Of a stretch of DNA of 64,000 nucleotides, positions 48,905 to 61,646 are shown piece after piece (positions within the stretch are counted from its first letter, which is position 1; each line of letters begins with the position of its first letter). The translations under genes and the position numbers were made by a program. Location of the stretch: positions 98,557-162,556 of the forward strand of contig NW_008246104.1 in NCBI RefSeq assembly GCF_000281045.1, written 5' to 3'. The stretch is from Saprolegnia diclina VS20 (taxonomy: Eukaryota). The notes under the pieces were generated by a model that was not told the origin of the DNA, made no database searches, and saw nothing but the letters and a program-made list of their open reading frames with translations.

Positions 48905-49382
48905 ATGCTGCGCCGCCGGCCCGAGTACGAGTACGCCAAGGGCCTCGTCGAAGCGTAGGACGCGGTTGATGATGATGTTGCGGGGCAAACCATGGCGGTG
49001 TAGGTACTTTGTGATCCTCACGCGCGGCTGCGGCAACGAACGCTGCAGCAACGCCTACTGCAAGTCCAACCCAGCAGCTCTGCGCGTGACAGCGAACGAG
49101 GCGGCGGCCAAGGCCCTCGTTTTGGCTGTCGAGGCGCCGATGGCCATTTGCCTCACGCCGCTCCAGATCGACATTGGGCCCGAGACCAACGACGACGACG
49201 AGACGCCAGCGACCGAGCATGGCGATGCTTGTCCGTCGACGCCACGAAAGCGCTTGACCACCGCCGTGCAACTCGACACGTCCATCAACAGCCCACAGCG
49301 CGCATCGAAAGCCACCAAGGGCAAGTTGCTCTCGCCGCCCCGGCGGTCGATCAACCACGCGACGGAAGAGGCCAAGCATTAG
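48905..49382 (+). CDS. Stand-alone AZUL zinc-binding domain protein, 142 aa, 2 exons
   Basis: MLRRRPEYEYAKGLVEA|YFVILTRGCGNERCSNAYCKSNP...NEAAAKALVL...IC with intron 48955-49003. Matches the UBE3A AZUL pattern Y--QL--GCG---C-N--C. Confidence 0.75.
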
Positions 49383-50223
49383 GCGCCCTCCTTCTCAACA
49401 CGACCCATTTCCATGCCTTAGTATATAAGAACTGACACGAGACCCATCCAGTCCATACCAACCACTCTGCTAAAACTAACGTTGCTCTGGTGGGGCGATC
49501 AACGATAGCAAAGTTGTGTATATCGACTCTTGCATTGACGAGCACTCTGCAGTGCCATCGTGGACTAAAGCCAATCTTGCTCAGCTACACGCGTGGACTC
49601 TGACGTCACTGCTGACACGTCGTGGGGGCCTCCACGTATGGCGGGAAGGCCAATCGAGAGATGCAAAGGCGGTAGTTGCCAGTGCAAATGGCTCAATGGT
49701 CAAATGACATGCCAAACAGCTCCTGGCATCCTGCAGCACCAGCTAGCATGGGCCTCCGAGGCGTCTTGGACGTTTTGAAGCTATTCCAGAAATCTACTGC
49801 TGATCTACTTTTTGAGCAAATCCCACGTGTTCATTCGCATATCAAGCACGTGAATAGGCGACTTTGCGACTTGCTCTACCCTGCACACTTTTGCATTTTC
49901 ATGATTTTCGAGATTTATTTTCACATTTTGGATTTTGGTCGACAAGTGAGAAGCCTCGCCACTTGCGCACTCGTGGAGCAGCACGGGTACCCGACACCGC
50001 TGCGGTCGCTTTCTGCCACCTGCCTATTCTCTTATTTCCTTGAGCAAATAACTCGGTTCTTCGAATGACAGTAAGAAGACGATACCTTTTCAATGCTCGC
50101 TGCAACGCTTGTCTCGGCGCCTGTTCTTGGTTGTCGATGGCGCACTTGTGATAGTGTGCCCAGCAAGATAAAGATCACCACACAACGTCCCTCTGCATGC
50201 ACATGCAATTTCCTTCATTTACT

Positions 50224-51495
50224 TTACTCTTGGCCGACGGGCGCGACGACGGGGGCCGGTGGGTCATTGGGCGTCGGCGTCGCCAGTGGGCGCCACGAGG
50301 GCAAGAGCGACACGAGGAGGCCCATGAGAAAGATCTGCAAGTCTTTCCACCAGCCGCCTTCGGCCGGAATCGTCAAAAACGGGGTTGTCGGCGCCACATT
50401 TTCCATCGGGGGCACCTCAAAATCGTTGTTGTCATTGGCTGCATTCGGGATCGGCGTCGGTGCTTCTGGGTGGTTGCCTTGGATCATGTCGTAAACCTTG
50501 TTGAGAATGCCCGTGAGGTACAGGTAGATGACGCTCGAGATGCCAAGGAGCAAGTACAATCGGGGCAGCGGGAGGTCTTGTCCGATGATGTACATCATGA
50601 CGGCCATCTTGACCGCGAGCTTCAAGTCGAGAAGAGCGAGGACGGCGCGGATGGCGGCGAACCGACGACGGGGCATCGGCGCCTCGGCGACCGGCACGTC
50701 GTCGCGGTACACGGTGAACGTCCGCGTCGTGAACGACGAGATGTTTGTGAGCGGTGACGCCGACGGCTGGTGCGCGCCGTAGATCTGCTGGCACTCTTGC
50801 ACGTGTCGGAGAAACTGGATTTGCATCAACAGCAGCGTCTCCTGCTGCGCGAGATAGTGCTGAAGCTGGAGGGTCTGGACACCCGGCATCGCAGGGAAGC
50901 ACGGCGGTGGCGACGGTGTCTCGGCCGACGCTTGTGGGAACGGGGACATGGGCGGAATAGGCATGGACGGTGCGGCGCCGACGTGGGGCACGGCACCGGG
51001 AGGGGGCATTGGCATCTGTGGCAGCGGAAATGCGAATGGCGACGTCGCCGTGGATGCTGTGGGTGCGGCCATCGTGGGCGGCGCGACGGGCATCGGCGCC
51101 GCAGGTACAGCAGCGGGGCTCGATGCGACTGGTGCTGCTGCTGACGTCGGCGGGCTTCGCACCGGCGCCGGCTTGTCGGGGTTGCTCACGAGCAAGTGGA
51201 ACGTGTACACTTCATTGGGCTCCATCTACATGCGCGCATGCGTGAGATCCAAGGCGGTCTTGAGGCAGCGACGACGTACGCGCTTGAGCACTTGAGCAAG
51301 CGTTTGCGCGTTTTCGCAAATCTTGCCGCCAAAGATGAGCCGCTGGTGCTTGGGCTCTGCGTCCATACGCTCCTGGAGCGCTTCCTTGAGCGCCAAGACC
51401 GAGCTCGAGCTCTCCATCTCGAGGGCCACCGTCAGGTTGCGCTCGTAGACGTTCTTGACCGCGATCTTGACCGTCATGTCCTCGTCGCTGCTCAT
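50224..51495 (-). CDS. HERP-like ubiquitin-like-domain membrane protein, 2 exons
   Basis: N-terminal UBL (SSVLALKE...PKHQRLIFGGK...YTFHLLV) and Pro-rich linker. Hydrophobic region DLKLAVKMAVMMYI...YLYLTG and C-terminal GLLVSLLPSWRP. Confidence 0.82.
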
Positions 51496-53586
51496 GTTGG
51501 CGACCTGAGCCGAAATATCTGAATTCTCCCGAAACGAGCCAATACAAAGACTTATTATAGATTGACCTCTTTTTAGTGACATGGGTACTGGAACCATGCA
51601 GTAGAAATGACGTTGTACCTCGGTATAGGAGCATCACGGCGAGCAGCGATGGACGCGCTATATTTGGCCCATCGTATGACGTGGCAACCGGATAGGCGAT
51701 GGAGATCCGGTAAAACCTGTCACATACGATTTCACGAGAGAATTAATATACATGCATTCCTAGAGGTCTCGCCGAATTTTTCGGCGCGAAAAGTTGGTGT
51801 GGACATGGTTCAACTTCGGTCAGAGGCGCTTCGTGAGCGCGCAGCCGAGCACTGACGTGCCACTGCGTTTCAATGGCCGACGAGACGGTATGAAGGAACA
51901 CCACTCTGGCCGCGGCGTTCGAATTCCTTGAGCCTATCAAATCGTTTGAAAATTTCCGGCGTCATTGGTGGTCGACATCGCTGTGGAGCAGGCATCGCAA
52001 GAAGCAACATACACATGCAGTGGGCAGACATGGGGGCATCAGGTGCAATAGTGCTCGCTTCCAGCCTGCAGAACACGGTGCCGAGACGATCAGCTCGAGT
52101 TGATGCATCGCATCCCTGGCGACATTGAACCAGCAATCACCGAAGCACTGGCCACAAACCGCGAGCACGATCGTTGTCAGTGGCACTTGCAGTGGGTTTG
52201 CCACGACCAACGTTCCATCTTCAACCCACATGGACGACGAAGGTTGCTTGACGACGGTGTTCCATCACATGCAGGCCGTCCATTGCTCCGTCGAAGGCGA
52301 CCTTGGCGTTGCGTCAAGGTCGGAGCATATCTCGCCAGGAGGAGAAGGTGATGCTTACGAAGTGGAAGCCTTGTGCGTGCGTCTTTGAGCGGTCTGGGCT
52401 GCGATGCTTCGGAAAGCATCGAACGAGTAGCAGCGCATGGAAGCGACGCAAGATTGCCGCCGGCGGAGGAGGGTCGGTAGAGGCAACAAGCGCGTGGCTG
52501 AACCGTTGTCCTCTCACCTTTCGCAGGGATTTGCATGTGCGATGGGAAGCCAACGGCACTGTCGGGCACATAGAAACCATTTAGGGACGTGGTCGACGCT
52601 ACTTGAGGCATATTCGACAGCTACTTTTTCTCTTTGGCTTGATTAGCTGCGGGAGGCAACTCTAGTAAACAGAGGAGGACGCAGTGGGGAGTCGCGAGGA
52701 CCCTCACACAGTTGGTGGTGGCATGGACACGACGTGGCATGCCGAGACGAGAAGTATCTTGGCGCGTTGAACCATAGTACACGCCGGTTATCGAGGCGGC
52801 AATTGCACCAGATGGGACATGCCACACGCGTCAGTGAACCAGACGAGTTGCATTGCTTGAAGAGCCGTACATTACGTCCAAATACTTGAACCCATCCCTT
52901 CCGGTAGTGTGTGCCACCCACATACCAATGGCGACTGCGGCGTGACTGCGCGCGGACGACGGTCCGACGTCGAGGTGCGCCATGACCGCTGTATCGCGAG
53001 CCTTTGCTCTAGTCCTCACGGCTGCTTGGCAACGGGCGCATACGTGGCAAATTGCGCGGCAAGGAAAGATTCGTGAAACGGTCCCGTTGATTTTTGGGTG
53101 CGTTTTCCAAACCCAAAATGCAAGTTGGCGCTCAAACCATAATAAAAATAGGACCGTCGTACCACTACTTTACAAAAAAAGTATCAAGTACATGCATTTA
53201 AACAGAGATTCGTTTTATCCAGTGGCATACTGTTTCAAAGGCTTGAGGTCTCATGCTGCATAATAATACACAACATGTATAAAATAGTAGTATTAAAAAT
53301 CGTTTCGAGAGCCGAATAATAAAATGTGCGTTCGCACGCTCAACCGCTTCCTTGCACCTTGTATGGACCGTCGGTAATAAAATACTTGCACACCCGTGTC
53401 TATACTCAGGCCAAGTACAAACGCGATGGTGGCATTGTATTGTGCGTCCCACCTCCAACACAATCAGTTTCGAATTTCCAGCGTCGAGCAGAAGTGGCGA
53501 TCCTTTGACCCAGTTCTTAGTTGCAGCATGACGAGTACGGTGATAAATGCATCGGACCATGGAGCTCATTGCGGACCGTAGCCTTT

Positions 53587-54190
53587 ATGTGCTACGATAT
53601 CCAGACCCCGTCGAGCTCGGATGCGTCCTGGTCGCGCAACAGCACCGTGCTCGTGTGCCCACCGGCGTCGCGACACCCCACCTGTATGTACTTTTACACC
53701 TTGGGTGTCGTGGCCGTTCCGGAGACTTATGTATCTCTACTTGCCTTGTAGGTCGCACTTGCCACAAGCGGTACGTGCCTTTGCCTCGCCGTCGCGACGC
53801 TCATGCGAAGCTTGTAGGATTGATACGGTCCGCATTGGCATCATCTATACGCACATGGACGGCTACATTCTGATGCGCTGGTACCACGTGGGCTGCATTG
53901 CACCGCCGGACGACCTCATGGCCCACGACATTGAAGGCCTCGGCGAACGCGCGATGCGCCCGTATCGCTCGTGCATCTTTGAGTGGCTCGGTCGCAAGAC
54001 GACCAAGCCTCGCAAGCTACCACCAAGCCTGCTGGTGGGTTACCCTAAACCTCCGCTCGCGCCACCTGCCCATCGCCCGCTTCCGATCAAGTCGCCTCGC
54101 CACCAAACGTCGACGCGACGCTCGATCCTCGAATCGTATTTGCACGACAAGGGTCATCTGCAGCCGTCATTGGTGCCGCCGTGCCTCTAA
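53587..54190 (+). CDS. Stand-alone PARP-type zinc-finger protein, 3 exons
   Basis: Spliced sequence SRHPTC|RTCHKR|IDTVRIGIIY...MRWYHVGCI gives C-x2-C-xn-H-x2-C, followed by DIEGL...IFEWL. The middle exon is 19 nt (53752-53770). Confidence 0.75.
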
Positions 54191-54850
54191 GTCGCCTCTC
54201 GCCTTCCTATTATAAGCCCGCTTCTCACTCTACTGCTGGAAATTATCTACTAATTTAAATTCAAATACTGGCATGGTCTTCGCCACTGACTAATCCTATG
54301 CGACTCCGTACGCCTAGTACCTCGATCGGAGGCATACTACGACGCAAAACACGAGAAAGCATCATCGTCCTACACTTTGACGGAAACGCTGGCTGCCATC
54401 ATCGTCGCTCTGCAAGGCTTCCAAAATGAGCTAATGCTTGCACCCTTCTGTTGGCGTGGTCTTTTCGAGAAGGCGGTGACGACGCTCAAGAGGGTGCACT
54501 TGAGTGGGGTGATTCGGTACATCTCGGCGGTACTCCACCCCACTCCACCCCACATATCTGTGCGATGGATGTAGTATATACTCCAGCGAACGCCTTGCAG
54601 AGAGAAATGCTGAGGCTCGATCGACGCCATGTAGCGCCAAGGCCTCCTGGCGGCTCGGGTGCCAAGTACGAGTGAGTACCAGTAGTACCCGAGCCACCAT
54701 GTCCCACCTGCTCGTCGCTGACGACGTTCCGGCGCTACGGCACAAAACCACGCATCTCCTGAAGTAGCCACGCAATGGCTCGCAGACGCAAAGACGGTGG
54801 AGGCCGGATGTGGATGGCAAAGCTTCGAGACTTTACGCAGACTTATTGTA

Positions 54851-55283
54851 TCAATGCGTCACGGGCTTCATGGGCTCTGCGCGCGCATTGTCGCCTTGCG
54901 TTTGCTGCTTGATGTTGGGCTCAACTTCTCCGATCAAGGCGCTATGCCATCGTTCATGAGACCCGATATCCTTCGGGAAGATCGCGTACATGTTGTCGCC
55001 ACGCACAATATATAAGCCCAAGTCGACCACTTGCACGTCGGCCTTGGCGGAATAAATACGCTCGAAGCTGTCGTCGAGCACGATGTTGATGCACTGGTCG
55101 TAGCCCTTGAGCGTGCCCTACATATCGCTGCATGAGCTCGAAGCCATCGGAGCACCGCCTACCACAAAGTTGCGCCCGTCGTTCGTCGTCACGGAGACCA
55201 TGTCTACGCAGGAAGAGGCCATGAGGCTGCGCACCGCGTCGTCGAGACGTACGGTCCACCATCTCTTGCAGGTACGACGCCAT
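54851..55283 (-). CDS. LSM8: U6 snRNA-associated Sm-like protein LSm8, 4 exons
   Basis: VSVTTNDGRNFV|GTLKGYDQCINIVLDDSFERIYS...LGLYIVRGDN|IALIGEV...RAEPMKPVTH. Confidence 0.95.
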
Positions 55284-55916
55284 CTCGCTTGATCGCACGC
55301 CAAGAAAATCCAACACCACAAACACACCGAATAATGCGTCCGGATGGAAATCCGGATGCAACGATACTATCCGGATATACGGATAATAAATCAATTTAAA
55401 ATATTAATAATATTTTGAGAAATGAGGAGAAGTGATGGCACCGTTGCGTCACCGGTCGCGTCGGGACGAAGACGAAGGCTTGCGATGTCTATGCCCGCGA
55501 TTCAGTGCACCGACTGCGATGTATTTTCGTCCTCTTTTCGGACGCAATGGGGCTGAACGCGAAATTGTCTTGGCGTCGGAACCCTCTCGCGCAATGGTGA
55601 TGGGCCGTGCCATCCAAAGCGACGATCGGGTCGGCAGAGATGGGCAGAGTGAAGATGGTTTCGCGCTCCTCGGCGCAAGCACTTGGCTCATGGAGTGGCG
55701 CCGCCTGGCTTTTTCCGTCAAAACATTGAGGCCTGGAACCGAATTTCACTTTCATTTCGGATTACTCCTGGTTCTAAAAATAATTTTCGTTCGGATGCAA
55801 TGGTTATATATGCAAATTTGTATCGCAAGCGGTCCATTGCATTGAGATCAAAGGGTGGTGAGTAACAGTCGGATTTTTGGACGCGGAATAGGCCGTTTGA
55901 GTCGCAAAGAACGCCA

Positions 55917-58126
55917 ATGCAGCGGGCGCCGAGGAAGCGCCGGGCCAAGGAGCCACTCGCCGAGCCCAAGGCGCGCAAGACCGCCACCACCAAGAAGACC
56001 GCAGCTGCGAAGAAGACGGCTGCCAATGCAGCCTCCGACATAGGTGAAGACGTTCTCGCCCTCATCATTGTCGAGCTCAAGAAATGGCGCCTCTTCGATC
56101 CGAGCAGCCTCTGCGCGCTCGCGTACACGAGCAAGCGCATTCGCGCTGGACTACCGTTCCAAGACATTGTGCGCGAGGCGACCGTACCGCGCTTGCTCGA
56201 GCGCGGTCGGAGCGCGCTGCGTCGAGCGTATCTCAACAAGCACTACTTTGGTGTCGCCGACGACGGCAATGTCTGGTGGACGAATGCTGACTACGACCGC
56301 GAAGTCGCGGCCCTTGATGCCACCCCATACTCGGACAAGGACGTGCTGGCGTACTGCCAGGTCTCGACGCCCGACTGGCTGCACGCGTTCGAGAACATGC
56401 ACAGCCGGTACCAGCTCACGTACTTGGGCGACCGGCACCAACTGCTCGTCTCGTACATGTGCACGTTTGAAATGCTCATCGCCCATTTGCGGCGCCACCT
56501 CTTTTTCGACCGGACGCCGAAGCTCTCGATCAACGGCACGATGCCCCGCAAGGACGCGATCGTTGCGCAGGTGCTCAAGCAGCAGCGCGACGGCACCATC
56601 TCGATCGTGTGCCCCGACTTTGGCCACCCGCACATGTTTGATCTGCACTTAACGAAGGCGCCGATGACGCTGATGCCTGGCGAAGACGCTGTCATGGAGC
56701 GCCATTTGCCCATGGCATACCCACCCACGCATGTCAACGCCGAGACGTCGTCGGTCGAGACGTGGTTTCCATTCCTCTCCAAGTTCATCTCGAACGGCGG
56801 CCAAGTGAGCATTGGCCGACAGGCGCACCACCACATGATGGTGCTCTCGGGCGAGCGCATCGTGCACCGCCATTTCAAGCACATGGGCTCGCTCCAGCGC
56901 TACCTCGAGTCGGCGGATCAGCACTGCCGGCGGTACTTCGAGTCGGCCGAAGATGAGTACGACCCGTACGCAGACGACGACGACGAGGAGGATGACGACG
57001 ACGACGAGACGGCGACCACGGACGGCGTGCCGTCCTACAACGACGGCGTCTCGCCCTCGATCCCTGACACGGAGAGCGAGCGCATGGTCGACGGCGCGCG
57101 CAGCTTCAACGCCGACGTGGTGTTTCCGCATTTGAGCAAGTACATTTCGGCCAAAGGGTGGCAGTCGATCGAGCTCAACGTGTTTGGCTCGCGCTACGCG
57201 ACGGTCCACAAGGGCGTGCAGTCCAACTCGATCATGGCGATCGCGATCACGCACCCGCCCTCGACGTCGCTCGACCATATGCTCAAGGAGCTCAATGCGT
57301 GCGTGGCGCCAGGACCGCTGAAGGCCCGCACGGACGCGATCAAGAAGCGCAAGCAGCAACAAGAACTCATCCCAGCGCACCTCAAGTACCGGCGGTTCCT
57401 CGTTTTCATGAAGCACGCGCAGATTCTGCAGCAAGGCCAAGTGTTTTCGATCTCGGCCCGGCACAACATGTACGTCAACGCCATGGTTGGCGACGACATC
57501 TTTGCCGCGTCGAGTCCCAACTCGATCGTCGTGCAGTTTGAGCTCACGTTCCCCCAAGTCGATCAGTACGAAAACTCGCAGGTCGTCTCGCTCGGGCTCG
57601 TCGAGCCAAGCGAGTACCCCAAGACGCGCGTGTCGGCGCGGTTCGTGGACACAAACCTCGACTTTCCCGTGCTCTGCTGGCGCAACGGCCTCGAATTCCT
57701 CGTCGGGCGCGAATCCATGTACCCGACCAACGACGATGGGTACGAAGCCGCCATCGATACCTCAGCAGCATATGCAACTTCTCTAGGCATCGCAACTTTA
57801 TGCTGCGCTACGAGAAGTGCCCGTTCAAGAGCGGCGACACGGTCTCGCTCCTCTTCAACCGCCAAGAAGGCACGGTGCAGTTTGCCCACAACCAGCAGCT
57901 CCAGCCCTTTTACTTTACCGGTACCAAGGAGACTGTTTGAGGGTTGGCTAATGGCGCGATCGGCGTAGGCGTCAAGTGCAACAACTTTTACGAGACGGGC
58001 CTCATGGTGTTTGTGACGCTCGAGCGGCCGAACGTCCAAGTGCGCAGCCTCGACGCGCCCAACATGAAGTTTATCGCGCCCACCGCGCAACGCGTCTACT
58101 ACAACTTTGACCAATACGACTTTTAA
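55917..58126 (+). CDS. Hypothetical protein with F-box-like N-terminal motif and SPRY-like C-terminus
   Basis: Long ORF with DIGEDVLALII...LCALAYTSKRI. C-terminal exons read FKSGDTVSLLFNRQEGTVQF. Domain calls tentative. Confidence 0.65.
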
Positions 58127-58581
58127 GCTGGCCACGCCCGCGCATAGCGTCGTCGCGTGGGCCTATATTATTCCAAGCTTGTTCTTTCATCCGCTTTGTC
58201 TTTGTTGCGGGTATGATGCGAGGATGATGGCCTTGGGCGATGTGCCACCAGTCTGCCCTCGATCGAGCACGTGCGTGGCCAGTCTGTAGCTCCAAGGCCT
58301 GCCGCTTCGTCCATATCGCACAATGGCCGTGGCCTACGTGGCAGCCACGCGGCTGACCTGTTTACGAGCATTCGCCTAACTCGCCAGCAGCAGACTTGTC
58401 CATGGCGCCAAGGTCTGTGCAACAGCCATGGAGATTGCCATTGCCAAAGTAGAGCTCAGTCACGTCCTGTCGCTCAAAGATCGCAAAACGAGCGGTGGTG
58501 GTATCCGGATACGCCGGATAAACCGACTTCAGCGTGGGATTGTGAAAAAACGGAGAAGGCAGCCTTCACTCTTCTTGGTGA

Positions 58582-60145
58582 ATGACGACGCGTCCCGCCG
58601 TCTCCAGCCCATCCCCGACCAAGACCCGCAAGCTGAACATGCACGTGAGCCGCCAGCACTCGGAGCGCGACTGGGACCTGCACCGCCTCCTTCTGCGTCC
58701 ATCGCCCTTTGGCAACGAGACCAACGAGGACATGGGCATGGGCAAGTTCGCTCCGGGTATGGACACCGTGGACTTTCTCAAGACCGAGGCCAAGGTGCTC
58801 GTGCTCGGCGCCGGTGGCCTTGGCTGCGAGATCCTCAAGGACCTCGCGTTCTCGGGCTTCAAGGACATCCACGTCGTCGACATGGACACGATCGACATCT
58901 CGAACCTCAACCGCCAATTTCTCTTCCGCCGGGCCGATGTCGGGCAACCCAAGGCGCTGGTGGCCGCCAAGTTTATCATGCAGCGCGTCAAGGGCGTCAC
59001 GGTACGACGCTCGTGTAGCGCTTCATGTGCACTCATAATGGTGCTTGCAGGTCACGCCCCACCACTGCGACCTCCGCACGTTTGACAGCGAATTCTACAG
59101 CGACTTTCGCCTCGTCATCTCGGGCCTCGACAACATTGACGCGCGGCGCTTTGTCAACTCGGTGCTCGTCTCGCTCGTCGAGACGTACGACGACGGCGAC
59201 ATTGACCCGAGGTACGTTACGCGTTGCTTTCCATGCGTGTTGAACCCTCTACTATATAGCACGATCATTCCGTTCATTGATGGCGGTACCGAAGGCTTCA
59301 GGGGCCAGGCGCGCGTGATCCTTCCGCGCATCACGTCGTGCTTTGAGTGCTCGCTCGATGCGTTCCCGCCGCCGACATCGTTTCCGATGTGCACGATCGC
59401 CGAGACGCCGCGCCAGCCTGCGCACTGCGTCGCGTACGCATCGGTCATCCTCTGGGAGAAGGAGTTTCCGGACACCAAGATGGACACAGACTCGCCCGAG
59501 CACATGCAGTGGGTCTACCAGAAGGCGCTCGAGCGCGCCGAGAAGTACGACATTCCGGGCGTCACGTACGTCTTCACGCTGGGCGTCGTCAAGAACATCA
59601 TCCCTGCGGTTGCGTCGACCAATGCCGTACGATACATATATGCGTGGAGCGCGATAAGCACGCACAACATGTGTAGGTGATCTCGGCCATGTGTGTCAAC
59701 GAAGCGCTGAAGGCCATGAGCTACTGCAGCCAGACGATGCACAACTACCACATGCACATGGGCGCGACAGGCATCTACAGCCACACGTTTGAGTACGAGA
59801 AGAAGCGCTTCTGCGGCGTGTGCGCGACGGAGAGCCATGTGTTGCGCGTGCACCCGAACACGCTTCTGAAAGATGTGATCACGACCGTACGCGATATACT
59901 TTGACGCATCTTCTCACACTGGGCAGGTGTCGGAGACATATCGCCTCAAGAACCCGGCGCTCGTCGCGGAGAAGAAGAGCCTCTTCATGCCCAACCCACC
60001 AGCGCTCTACGAGGCGACCAAGGCCAACCTGGATGCGCCGATCAAGGATCTCGTCGAGGATGGCAAGCACGTGACGATCACGGACCCGGTGTTTGTGGGC
60101 GACATCTCGCTGAACCTCCGCATCCAGTTTGACTTGGATGACTAA
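58582..60145 (+). CDS. UBA3: NEDD8-activating enzyme E1 catalytic subunit
   Basis: [51 protein letters not shown], catalytic [16 protein letters not shown] and [15 protein letters not shown]. Confidence 0.95.
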
Positions 60146-60519
60146 GACAAGCCCACCAAGATGTCGGAGAGATCCGTTTCGATGGCATTGAAGCAGAGAA
60201 TTCAAGATGTATGGAGGAGCGACTTGGACGCTGGGAGGATTCCTCCTCTGCGCGCGTTGGATCGTCAACACCCACCGTATGATCGGATCGTATACTTGTA
60301 GTTTGTATGTCGAGTAGGAACGCCAGTGTGCGGCAATGTGACGATGGGCGGGACCTGTGCCAAGTGCCAAGTGCCAAGTGGAGTACGAGCAGCTCGATCA
60401 GGGTCCGTACTGTAGACAGCAAATAATAAAAATGACACGCATCGCCTTTTTATGTCAAAATTGAATTATCTGTCCAGAGTTGAACCGACCCGTCACTTTG
60501 CCTTTGGGACCGAAACTTG

Positions 60520-61646
60520 ATGCACGTGCCCGTGTTCCACCTTCCGATGCTCTCGGTCGACGAGCAAGACGCGCTCGTGGCCCTCGGTGCATCGGCGTTT
60601 TGCGATCTTATCGACACGAGCGCACGCCTCGACCGCAACCGCCACGCCGCGGTGCAGCTGCCGGCGCGCCACCCGGACGTCGACGACCGCATCTCGTTCC
60701 ACGCCTCGACGCTCGTCAAGCGCGCCAATATGGACGCGATCGCGACCTATCACATCACAGCCACCGAGGCCAACGACGTGTACTGCCGCACCTTCCACTG
60801 CCTCCTCACGTCGGTCCTCTACACGCTCGAACTCCCGTCGGCAGGTCGCCCGTACCATTACGTGGCGGTGCGCTGGCTGCTCCTGCCGTCGACGCTGCCG
60901 TGGGTCAAGCCACGCGACGTGGTCGTTGTCGAGGTACTTTTGTGCAAACTTTGTCCTACGAGCTCACATGTCGGTGGCTTAGTATATGGATACGTTTATT
61001 GGGCGCGATGGCGTGCTCGGCTTTGCGCGCTGCGTGCACTCGATCGACCACCGCTGCGCCCCGTCGCTGGTCGCGACGCATGGTTTTGTGCGCGGCCACT
61101 TGTACAAGTCGGGCCTTTCGGTCGTGAACGAGCGCCGGCCGCACGAGCTCCAAGCACACATGCTATTGCAGAGCGACCACGGGCACTCGTTTGCGTCGCG
61201 GTATGCGACCAAGTCGGTCTGCGCAGGCCTTCTCCGACACTTTGATACACTCAACGAGCGCATCTATGTGCATTTTCACGTGCTGCCCCGCAAGATTAGT
61301 GTCTCGGCCTCGACGTGGCGACCAGACGACTTTGTACGCAGCATCCAACTGCCCAGTGCTCATGCCTGCACGATATAGGCGTCGACGTCGTGCGGCGACA
61401 AGACCGCGTGCACGTACTGCATGCAGGCGTTCCACCTCTTGCGGCGACCGACTTTGTGCGAGACGTGCCACCAGGTGCGTATGAGTCGCGTGTGGAGCGG
61501 CGCTGGTATCACCAAGTGCTTAGATTTTGTGCAAAAAATGCACCCGCCGGATCACCAAGACGTCTCGCCACCGCGTGTGCTTGACGTGCTACGTTCGCCA
61601 CGAGATTGACGGCAGCCCGCGTCCGATCTGTACAGTGACGCAATGA
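60520..61646 (+). CDS. Oomycete START-like + degenerate FYVE-type zinc-finger protein
   Basis: VRWLL...PWVKPRDVVVVE and FARCVHSIDHRCAPSL...GFVRG. Finger CTYC...CETC|..CKKC...CLTC lacks the RHHCR patch. Confidence 0.72.

Noticed and set aside
51600..53580. 2 kb gene-poor region examined for transposon remnants or ncRNA
   Set aside because: I could not recognise any terminal repeats, transposase/RT motifs or structured RNA.
48905..60145. Apparent ubiquitin-system cluster (AZUL, UBL, F-box-like, UBA3)
   Set aside because: Unrelated genes are interspersed and the class is abundant, so chance is sufficient without synteny evidence.
60357..60380. GTGCCAA x3 tandem repeat (also the CCA run at ~17361-17383)
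   Set aside because: Simple microsatellites with no spacers, so not CRISPR-like.
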